Origin: an uncultured Candidatus Poseidoniales archaeon
GTDB taxonomy: Archaea > Thermoplasmatota > Poseidoniia > Poseidoniales > Poseidoniaceae
Reading direction: 5' to 3'
DNA length: 40,172 bases
NCBI GenBank assembly: GCA_964431435.1
Contig: CAYSJV010000002.1
Location: 11,203 to 51,374, forward strand
The notes below the pieces were generated by a model. The model was not told the origin of the DNA and searched no databases. It worked only from the letters and a program-made list of their open reading frames with translations. The position numbers and the translations under genes are program-made. How positions within the stretch are numbered: the stretch's first letter is position 1; every line of letters begins with the position of its first letter. This document shows, piece by piece, positions 18,701 through 26,276 of the stretch.

Positions 18701-20706
18701 TTTTGCTAGTACATTCGGATGATAACTCCCGGCAAGAGGCTGAACAATTCATAAAATTGGTTAGATCAATTTCACTTAGCGTGGGAGGTGATATCTCACT
18801 TCTGTCTAGAAGAATTACATCTATGTTAAATCAAGGAGTGAAGATTGAATCAGAAACATCCCCTTCCTCTAATGCAGTGAAAGTAATGACAATACATTCT
18901 GCAAAGGGTTTGGAAAATAAAGTGATTGTTATTGCTGGATTATTTGATGAAGGCCAACAAACCTTGACTTTGAGTCAAAGGGGTAATTTATTGATTACAC
19001 CTGAACTAATTGCCGGAAGAATGAGGCCATGGCAAGGTGGGACAGTACCTGAAATGGGAATCTGGGAGTTAGTAAAAACATTGACTAAAGCACAAATTGC
19101 TGCAGAAGCGAGAAGATTGTTTTATGTTGCATTAACGAGAACTCAAGATCATTTGATTTTATCAGGCGCACCAAAAGGAACAACCATAGATGCTGATACA
19201 GGAACGATTACAATCACAAGAAAACCAAGTGATATGCCAAGTATGGGGGAAATGTGGTTAGAATCTTTGAGACAAACATCGATTAAGCATTCTTATTCCG
19301 AATCTCCATGGGTCTTTTCAGAAGATTTAATCACCCCAAATCCACTCCCAATTACTGAAAATAAAAAATTATTTATTTCTCCATTTCAAATACTAGGTCA
19401 ACCATTTTTAGGTCCAAAAACCCCTACCGATTTTAGAATATATCATACACCATTATGTTTTGAAGAGGTGGGAGGCTCTAAATCCCCACTGGAAATGATG
19501 AAAACCCATGTAAATGCCCTGCATTTACCTTCTCTAAATAAATTAGATAAAATACCATACGTTAGAGGAATAAATTTAGATGTAGCACCAAATAAATTGG
19601 ATACTTCTAGTCTTTGTAAGCGTAGATATATGCTTGAAAATTATGTGGGGTTATCCGCAGAACCAATAATAATTCGAAAACAAAGTGCTAAGATAGAAAG
19701 TACAAAATCAGATATTTTACCTACCCCAGCGGAGTTGGGAACAATGTATCACCGACTCATGGAAATAGGGATCGGTAATCCAAATATTTCTAATCCATTA
19801 ACATCTGATTTACCGGATAACTGGTTACGTCGACAAAAATCCATAACTTCTAATTTACAGACAATAAATAGAGTACTAGATGAGTTATTGCCACTTGGTT
19901 ATGACTCTGAAAGAACGGCGGAAAGATTACACCAATTATCTAAACTACAAGAAAAAGGACCACTTGGTTTACTTTGTAATGGAGATGAGATTAATGGGTT
20001 AAAAGTGGAAGGGCTAATAACTGAAATGCCGTTTAGTGTTTCATTTAATCAGGAACATGGAGATTTATTCCTTGAATCTTGGACTCCATTTGGAGAGATA
20101 CAAACCCAGCAAACTCAAAGGAGTACAATTAGATTCAATGGACGTATGGATTTAGTCCTTGCATTAAGAGACTCAGATGGTAATGGATATATCCAAGCAG
20201 TAGATTTCAAAACAGAAGAATGTAGAACTGGTTTCAATTATACATACCCTGAAAATGGAAATCCATTACAACAATTCCCTGAAAGTTCTAATAATTTTGA
20301 TGATAGAACTGATGCTGAATCTAAATTGCTTTACAATCATCGAATGCAATTATCCCTCTATAATAAAGCGTTGAGTATCTGGCAAGATACTGTTGCAAAA
20401 TCATCCAAAAATTCAAGATCGGTATTACCCCCTGCAATTTTGGTTGCAGCTAATGGTAGATTGGTTAGTTGGAACAAAGAAGAAATGAAACAAAATAGTG
20501 TTGAACTTGATGAATTACTAGGCTGGATGTCTAGTGTTGCTGGCGGAGAAAAACCGCCGCTTCATGAATTACCCAGATTAGGGGATGATGAAAAGGAAAC
20601 TTGTCAAAAATGTCCCTTTTACATAGGAGATATTCGAATATGTGCACCAATTGGTGAAGATTTGGGAATTATTAAGTCGGATGAATCGCCCGAAATTGGT
20701 GCCTAA
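15751..20706 (+). CDS. AddA/RexA-like UvrD-family (SF1A) helicase with C-terminal RecB-family nuclease
   Basis: AGAGTGKT, ITFTNKAAEELR, IGTIDSF, IIDEYQDTN, VGDVKQSIYRFRQA, NYRT, MTIHSAKGLE, EARRLFYVALTR, GRMDLV...AVDFKT, QLSLY; GTGA overlap with upstream stop. Confidence 0.92.
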   Translation: MKGYNRSQRLGLDIDRHVAIDAGAGTGKTTVMSERYIQHLLSSIQRATYLLPHGPRRPLIGSGSIVAPKREQISLEEWQGLLPSECVAITFTNKAAEELRQKIRNGLNALLDKTSSVDGPVQNRTDPRIKNDGELEHLISLLNDAPIGTIDSFFASLVGNWKGLLSDIPTNEYVSEERRPYLVNTAIQSAWRMQNSNDGFALGLVGDIELFIESRNRLSWQMGGQRSAQSIIENLLEKSLFVEEAERNLKNLSSNNSGEVTSTISLDSLKKLFLSMIPNLNELVAELFALYSEWLDICRENWKGFDLTSALSINSRFASINELIESGPPDLDWEKLLWSHHLIVASCPLAKILDSIPNVFSDKGLLPRNAGKNPWKRGMGPYGGIASNVRESVKQKLSNIADKTSNRLSSPDMRMLRTISRSAYLFSPDFPVPKLPQDCSIFIDEMEDPLPISDPSITTQLTAIQQIGLIEDLFVVHTGVQSILRDIKSRESVHDHSDIQRLAEDLLLAHCPQICRQWYPTQVIESLDQLENEAWRDTHIESALLAASEHPDVLEDLTRRYEVLKKIRRQYLSFIIDEYQDTNPQQFRLLARLWGSRLRQEGDPEPPQSDWDPTICLVGDVKQSIYRFRQAQVTVMKRTAESICKMNTMEFEQESRLESLRKDEFGRDPRPLSGGLEDGTFVTGKQKEVEPEPSKESWIAFDLDDNGLVLDYSIAIRRSKGHIDLSTNYRTAGGLLHMMNDWFEDSFSDRHDILNGDWHARHQKLTPSPENENKLGNIEWLLPVNEGNTVPPSDLEIQLNPFDIKSTPSWKLENEMIASRLHSLINGSSTKVISSNGKMENIPPQPQVNPEEITILLPRRTHISDLMERLSNWGVPAQADRQSNLLKRPIISELIALIQAVANPDNRHALARLARTSFISMSDSKLQSFLVDKNGKTIKGDLIERLVTLSENKKQKSMFETWRKTSLSGDIISLLELMLNQSDILLVHSDDNSRQEAEQFIKLVRSISLSVGGDISLLSRRITSMLNQGVKIESETSPSSNAVKVMTIHSAKGLENKVIVIAGLFDEGQQTLTLSQRGNLLITPELIAGRMRPWQGGTVPEMGIWELVKTLTKAQIAAEARRLFYVALTRTQDHLILSGAPKGTTIDADTGTITITRKPSDMPSMGEMWLESLRQTSIKHSYSESPWVFSEDLITPNPLPITENKKLFISPFQILGQPFLGPKTPTDFRIYHTPLCFEEVGGSKSPLEMMKTHVNALHLPSLNKLDKIPYVRGINLDVAPNKLDTSSLCKRRYMLENYVGLSAEPIIIRKQSAKIESTKSDILPTPAELGTMYHRLMEIGIGNPNISNPLTSDLPDNWLRRQKSITSNLQTINRVLDELLPLGYDSERTAERLHQLSKLQEKGPLGLLCNGDEINGLKVEGLITEMPFSVSFNQEHGDLFLESWTPFGEIQTQQTQRSTIRFNGRMDLVLALRDSDGNGYIQAVDFKTEECRTGFNYTYPENGNPLQQFPESSNNFDDRTDAESKLLYNHRMQLSLYNKALSIWQDTVAKSSKNSRSVLPPAILVAANGRLVSWNKEEMKQNSVELDELLGWMSSVAGGEKPPLHELPRLGDDEKETCQKCPFYIGDIRICAPIGEDLGIIKSDESPEIGA

Positions 20707-20772
20707 TAAGCGGCGAATATATACATGTGAACTAATGCACATATACTGAAGACTAGCGGGGGGCGATGCAAG

Positions 20773-21450
20773 ATGTCTGAATCAGAAGGCTCAGGAACAA
20801 TAACTCCAGAATTAAAAATAAAGGAACTCGAGGAATCATTAGCACAGGAAACTGAGCGTTTGTTAAAAGTTTACGATGCATTCGAACAACAAGAAAAAGA
20901 AATTGTAAACTTACGTGCAGAAATTGAAGTATTGGAAAAGGAAATCGTCGAAAGAGAAATCGAAAAAGAGAGCTTAGAATCTTTATTATCTGAAAAAGAT
21001 AATCGTCTAAGAGAAATAGAAATGAAAGGTGCTAAAGCAAGTAAACAAGTAGACTTCTTGGAACCAGAACTACAGAAAATGGAAGAAAAGTTCACTAGAG
21101 AAAAAGATAGATTAGGAAAAGTATTCGGAATCGCAGAAGAATTAGATGGTGATTTAAAATTGGCAGTTTCTGAATTAAATGCCAGAGATAATTGGTATGT
21201 AGATCATATGGCATTATTTGAGGATTTGAATAAAGCAATAAAACTCAGATATGAAATGATTGAAACCGCAGTAGAATCTCAACGTAAGAGCCAGCATATG
21301 AGTAGAGCAATACAAGAGCGAATGGATGAAGCGATTGAAGCTCGGGCTGCAGAGGCTGTTGAAGATAATGTCAAGGCTGACGATGCTGAAAATTTGGCTA
21401 GTGGAATAGAGGTTGCAGAAGATGAATCCTCTAGCACTGAAGAAGAGTGA
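20773..21450 (+). CDS. acidic coiled-coil hypothetical protein
   Basis: Glu/Lys-rich heptad pattern over most of the length; clean 225-aa ORF. Confidence 0.8.
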   Translation: MSESEGSGTITPELKIKELEESLAQETERLLKVYDAFEQQEKEIVNLRAEIEVLEKEIVEREIEKESLESLLSEKDNRLREIEMKGAKASKQVDFLEPELQKMEEKFTREKDRLGKVFGIAEELDGDLKLAVSELNARDNWYVDHMALFEDLNKAIKLRYEMIETAVESQRKSQHMSRAIQERMDEAIEARAAEAVEDNVKADDAENLASGIEVAEDESSSTEEE

Positions 21451-21469
21451 GCCCTAAGGGGATTATCAT

Positions 21470-22321
21470 TTGAAACTAATAGCTAAAGAGGGAGTTATCC
21501 CTATATTTTTATTCATTTCTATGGGTGTTACAATCCTATTTGTGGGTTGGCTTGTTAATCCAGTTGGACATTTAGTGACACTAATGGGAATCATATGTCT
21601 ACTATTTTCTAGTTTTCTTGCAAATTTTTACCGTGATCCTGAAAGAAAAATTCCCACCAATAATGGAATAATTGTGTCCCCTGCAGATGGGCACGTTATG
21701 TTTGTAAGATTGGAACGAGCAATTGGTAAGCGTCCATCAAAAGAGGATTTAGATGCGGGAAATTATGAAACAGATAATTTAACTGGAGATTGGAGTACCG
21801 AAGTTTGTTCAGTACCCACAACTTTTGAAACAGAACAGCGTTGGAAACCAATTGATGGTGAAGTAGAAGAATTTGATTGTTGGCGAATTGCAATTTTCAT
21901 GTCTCCATTGGATGTCCATGTAAACAGGGCACCAACTTCAGGAAAAATTATCAAGATGGAGCATAGAAGCGGTAAAGGCAAAAAACGTGGGCCATATATT
22001 CGGGCTTATCGTAAAGAAAGCGAATACAATGAAAGAATAAGAACCGTAATTAAAACATCAGATGGGGAATTTATCGAAGTAACTCAAATCGCGGGATCAC
22101 TTGCTCGCACAATCATTCCCTGGAAATTCGAAGGGGACGATGTGAAACGCGGTGAAAGATATGGGATGATTAGATTGGGAAGCCGAGTAGATATAAGGGT
22201 ACCATCAAAGTATAAGCCTCAAGTCAAATCAGCAGAAGATAACGATCCCCAGATGCCAAGGGGGCAATTCGTTCTTGCAGGAACTGATATTTTGTTTGTA
22301 GATACAGAGGAAGAGGAATGA
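21470..22321 (+). CDS. psd: archaetidyl/phosphatidylserine decarboxylase proenzyme
   Basis: N-terminal TMs, FYRDPER, SPADG, IFMSPLDVHVNRAP, QIAG, YGMIRLGSRVD (LGS autocleavage site). Confidence 0.92.
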   Translation: MKLIAKEGVIPIFLFISMGVTILFVGWLVNPVGHLVTLMGIICLLFSSFLANFYRDPERKIPTNNGIIVSPADGHVMFVRLERAIGKRPSKEDLDAGNYETDNLTGDWSTEVCSVPTTFETEQRWKPIDGEVEEFDCWRIAIFMSPLDVHVNRAPTSGKIIKMEHRSGKGKKRGPYIRAYRKESEYNERIRTVIKTSDGEFIEVTQIAGSLARTIIPWKFEGDDVKRGERYGMIRLGSRVDIRVPSKYKPQVKSAEDNDPQMPRGQFVLAGTDILFVDTEEEE

Positions 22322-22392
22322 CATATTTTGATAGGCAATTCAAATTGTCTTAACGTATCATTCTTATCAACCGCGAAGACAAAGGAATACAC

Positions 22393-23313
22393 ATGGAGCC
22401 ATCTGAAATTGATGATGATTCTACAGTGCGTGGGACTACAACATCAAGTTTTGGAGTATCAAAGCGAGAAAACCACGACTCATCTAATTATTATGCTTCA
22501 CGACTTTATGATGGTATACCTAAACAAAATGACGTAGGCGAAGTACAAATTTTCCCTTCAAGTTTGAAGGATAAATTAGTGTGTGGTGATTCAAGAGATA
22601 TGCAGATAATTCCTGATAATTCAGTGCATTTAATGGTAACATCTCCCCCCTATAATGTATCAAAAGATTATGATGAAAATCTTTCATTAGACGAATATTT
22701 GAATTTGCTGAAGGATGTTTTTTCAGAAGTTTATCGCGTATTAACGCCTGGCGGCAGAGCAATAATTAATGTTGCAAATATAGGACGTAAACCGTATATT
22801 CCTCTCGCAAGCCACATCAACATAATTATGACAACAATTGGCTTTTTAATGAGGGGTGAAATAATTTGGGACAAATCTGCTTCTGCAGGAACAAGTACTG
22901 CGTGGGGCTCCTTCCAATCAGCATCTAATCCATGTTTGAGGGATATCCATGAATATATTCTTGTGTTTTCTAAAGGTAATTTTAAATTGAATAGAACTAA
23001 AGAAGAAAAAAATTCTACACGCATAGACACAATTGAAAAACAAGAGTTCATTGATTTGACAAAATCTATTTGGAAGATGCCCACTGAATCTGCCAAAAAA
23101 GTAGGACATCCTGCTCCTTTTCCAATAGAACTTCCTCGCCGCTGTATAGAATTTTATACTTTTTCAGGAGATATAATTCTAGATCCATTTATGGGTTCAG
23201 GTAGTACAGCAATTGCAGCAAAAAAATGTGGTAGAAGTTTCATAGGTTTCGATATTTCTGAGGAATATATCACTCTGGCTAATGCAAGAGTAAATCAGAC
23301 TGACAAAACATAG
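22393..23313 (+). CDS. site-specific DNA methyltransferase, N4/N6 family (beta order), apparently orphan
   Basis: VTSPPYN catalytic motif precedes GHPAPFP and ILDPFMGSGST SAM motif. Confidence 0.92.
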   Translation: MEPSEIDDDSTVRGTTTSSFGVSKRENHDSSNYYASRLYDGIPKQNDVGEVQIFPSSLKDKLVCGDSRDMQIIPDNSVHLMVTSPPYNVSKDYDENLSLDEYLNLLKDVFSEVYRVLTPGGRAIINVANIGRKPYIPLASHINIIMTTIGFLMRGEIIWDKSASAGTSTAWGSFQSASNPCLRDIHEYILVFSKGNFKLNRTKEEKNSTRIDTIEKQEFIDLTKSIWKMPTESAKKVGHPAPFPIELPRRCIEFYTFSGDIILDPFMGSGSTAIAAKKCGRSFIGFDISEEYITLANARVNQTDKT

Positions 23314-23355
23314 GTTGTACTACATTTGTCAATTTGGTTTTGAAATGTACAGCAC

Positions 23356-23514
23356 TCAAGAATCATCTTCTTTAGCTGTAAGCCCGTATGTCAGAAAACC
23401 GATCCCTGCAAAACAAAGTCCCCATGTTGAAAATGCCGGTAATGCATCTGCAACTTGTGGAACAAATCCAAGCCCAATCAAAACAACCCCTACTAATACT
23501 AATGGTAATTTCAT
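23356..23514 (-). CDS. 52-aa small membrane protein (two hydrophobic helices)
   Basis: Not in ORF track. Manual translation MKLPLVLVGVVLIGLGFVPQVADALPAFSTWGLCFAGIGFLTYGLTAKEDDS; starts 16 bp after the stop of the upstream co-oriented gene. Confidence 0.7.
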   Translation of the reverse strand: MKLPLVLVGVVLIGLGFVPQVADALPAFSTWGLCFAGIGFLTYGLTAKEDDS

Positions 23515-23530
23515 GTTGTGAACGTAACGT

Positions 23531-24154
23531 TTATTGTTTATAATTCATTCTTACAATTAATAGAATAAGTAACAATAATGCCCCTATACCTGAAATAAGA
23601 CTCAATATGAGAAGTAATTTTTTGCTTTTATCAACATCTGCTTGATTTGGCTCCTCATCAACATCATCATTATTTTCTTCAAAGACCCCATATGAATCCC
23701 CCAGTACAGGTAACGATTCATCAGGATGCGTGTCATTTATTACTGTAATAGTACCATTATATATTGCACCATTTGACAAAATATCTTGATATGAATACTC
23801 TCCAATTCCCCATGTACCATTAAACCAAATTTGAAAATTAGTTTTACATTCTTCACTATTGTTTTCATCTTCTGCACTACATTCCGAGTACAACAAACCA
23901 GAATCCCAATCTAAAGTGCCATTGTATAATCCATCTCCATCTGCGTCGTATACAATCCTATGTGTAATATTTTCACGACTATCTGTGTTATACCATAATA
24001 CTGAATCATTGTAGAGTAATTGGGGATTGCTTGGAGTTAAACCTTCTTCTTTTATGACAACTGTGAATGTATCTGCTGTATGGCTTTCAACACTGTTTGG
24101 TACGAGTATGACTGAAATCATAAATAAAATCATCAAGGATTGAAACCTTCTCAT
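23531..24154 (-). CDS. secreted cupredoxin-like protein with C-terminal TM anchor
   Basis: Signal peptide; strand pattern GLTPS..L..NDSVLWYNTD....HRI...WDSGLL...GEYSY...GTITV; acidic linker; C-terminal helix. Confidence 0.6.
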   Translation of the reverse strand: MRRFQSLMILFMISVILVPNSVESHTADTFTVVIKEEGLTPSNPQLLYNDSVLWYNTDSRENITHRIVYDADGDGLYNGTLDWDSGLLYSECSAEDENNSEECKTNFQIWFNGTWGIGEYSYQDILSNGAIYNGTITVINDTHPDESLPVLGDSYGVFEENNDDVDEEPNQADVDKSKKLLLILSLISGIGALLLLILLIVRMNYKQ

Positions 24155-24250
24155 TGAAACTCCCTCTCCTCTTGGAATACATAAAGCACATCTGTCATAA
24201 TTATTGAATCAACCCCCCATTTGAAATATCACATACACTCGCACGTATAC

Positions 24251-26257
24251 ATGCAAAGAAGGCGGTTATGCAAAGATACCGAAGCATCAGACAAAATCAT
24301 TGTTTTTGTCCTTGTGGGGCTCGTAGCACTTAGTCTTCTTTCAGTTACTGCATATTTTCTTTTAGATTCAAATGGGGAAGATGTAAATGTCAATGAAATG
24401 ACATGGATTGATCCAGTAATTGAGATTGAGGATGAAAATCATAGCCATAGCGATCTCCTTGCACACCGTTTGAGTACAGATAACATTCAACTTATTGATT
24501 ATCACAATCTTAATTGTGATGGGAATGAAAAACCACCTACTGAACTGGATAATACTGCAGGTAGACCCTGTTATCCCGAATTTAAGAATGCTGCACCCAC
24601 ACCGGGTGACTCTTCAGAAATTGCAATAGAGGGCAACTTCCTCGAAGATTGTGTAACACATCCTGATGGAACAGGTGGATGTTATGCTTACGTTTCTTCT
24701 TACAATCAATTTGAAATCCTCGATATTTCTAATCCAAATAACATAACTTTGCTTTCCACATATTATGCTGAAGTTGCCAGAATTATTGATATCAAAGTAA
24801 CTCCCGATAATAATTGGGTGTTAATTAATCACGAATTAACTAACAGTGAACTTGACCCTATTCCAAATGATGATGATGCAAACAGTGGTGCAAATCGCCT
24901 CGATGTAATTTATGTAGGAAATAAGAATGAACCAATTAAGGTTGCTTCATGGGATAATCCCCCAGCCGGATTCCATAATCAAGATGTTCACGTGTATTGT
25001 GATTGGGATCCTGCAAATCCAGTATGGGCTCAAGAAGACTGCCATCTTTTCTTATTTGGCGCTGACCCATATCCCGAAATGGTTGAAGGAAGCTCTGGGA
25101 CTTATTACAAAGGGACTCAGATATTCTATGTTCCTCTTGGCCTCGAATCTTGGATACCAACTCAAACTGACGAGGAGCAAAATACAAGTCGACAAATAAT
25201 TAGGTGGGGTGGTTATTCTCCTGAGGTAGAAACAACATGTGGGGGTTCTCTATTCAATCACGATAACGTCTTTCACGAACACCCAATAACTGGTCAAAAA
25301 TTGTTGTATATTTCTTATTGGGACGCAGGGCTTCGTATTGTAGATGTTTCAAATCCTCCCCCTATCGCTGACCCCGAGGGTATATCGTGGCCTCAGGATT
25401 ATGAGGTTGGGCGTTGGCTTGGATGCCCTTCAGATTCATCAGGGTGGTATGGTCCAGATGGCGGAGGTCATGCAGATATGTCTTCTGAAGAATGGGCTGG
25501 AGGCAGTGGTGCAGCTAATGGAAATGGTTGGATTCACTATGCGATACCTTATGATCACCTCATTTGTAATGGAATTTCACACCTAGTTGAAGAATCGAAA
25601 TGGCCAGATAATTGTGGAACAGGTCCGGATGATCCAACATATGGAATTAATTGGAGACATTATACAATCATTGCACCAGAATATGGTACAAATTCTAATC
25701 ATACAGGATTTGTTTGGACTATTGATACAACAGACCCTGCTAAACCCTTCCTTGTCAGTAAATGGAAATTACCAGGTGAAGGAACTTTGGCAAATGGAAG
25801 TAAACATCCAAACCACTACATACCTGGCGGATATATCTACAGTCCACATAACGGAGATACAGGAAGCAATGGACATGTTTACTGGGCACACTACCACGCA
25901 GGAACATGGATTACAGACCATGGAACAATCTGGGAAGACCTCGTTTGGAAAAATGGAACTGCACAACCAGAGTTAGGATACAAAGGAATACAAGAACTAG
26001 CTGAAACAAAAACGTTAGGCTATTATTTACCAGCTGGACCTACTTGGGTTGAAAATCCAAAAGAAGAACTTGGTTATGATATGGCAGATTGTTGGGCATC
26101 TTGTATGATTCCATTTGATTGGGGATTACAATATGATCCAAGAGGTTATGTATTCATTTCAGAAATGGTATCTGGAATATATGTAATCCAATTAGAGGAA
26201 GATAAAAATCCAAATTATATGTATCCTCCAACGTATACAGCAATTGAAGAAGAATGA
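24251..26257 (+). CDS. membrane-anchored LVIVD-repeat beta-propeller protein
   Basis: FEILDISNP, YISYWDAGLRIVDVSNP, VWTIDTTDPAKP; N-terminal TM. ATG 24251 preferred over TTG 24221. Confidence 0.8.
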   Translation: MQRRRLCKDTEASDKIIVFVLVGLVALSLLSVTAYFLLDSNGEDVNVNEMTWIDPVIEIEDENHSHSDLLAHRLSTDNIQLIDYHNLNCDGNEKPPTELDNTAGRPCYPEFKNAAPTPGDSSEIAIEGNFLEDCVTHPDGTGGCYAYVSSYNQFEILDISNPNNITLLSTYYAEVARIIDIKVTPDNNWVLINHELTNSELDPIPNDDDANSGANRLDVIYVGNKNEPIKVASWDNPPAGFHNQDVHVYCDWDPANPVWAQEDCHLFLFGADPYPEMVEGSSGTYYKGTQIFYVPLGLESWIPTQTDEEQNTSRQIIRWGGYSPEVETTCGGSLFNHDNVFHEHPITGQKLLYISYWDAGLRIVDVSNPPPIADPEGISWPQDYEVGRWLGCPSDSSGWYGPDGGGHADMSSEEWAGGSGAANGNGWIHYAIPYDHLICNGISHLVEESKWPDNCGTGPDDPTYGINWRHYTIIAPEYGTNSNHTGFVWTIDTTDPAKPFLVSKWKLPGEGTLANGSKHPNHYIPGGYIYSPHNGDTGSNGHVYWAHYHAGTWITDHGTIWEDLVWKNGTAQPELGYKGIQELAETKTLGYYLPAGPTWVENPKEELGYDMADCWASCMIPFDWGLQYDPRGYVFISEMVSGIYVIQLEEDKNPNYMYPPTYTAIEEE

Positions 26258-26276
26258 TTATTATTCTTCAACTCAG

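Noticed and set aside
23314-23355. TACATTT...AAATGTA inverted repeat between convergent genes
   Set aside because: Weak AT-rich stem with a long loop; cannot be distinguished from chance
26249-26269. GAAGAAT/ATTCTTC hairpin at the LVIVD/MFS junction
   Set aside because: Low-complexity and half within Glu codons; insufficient support as a terminator
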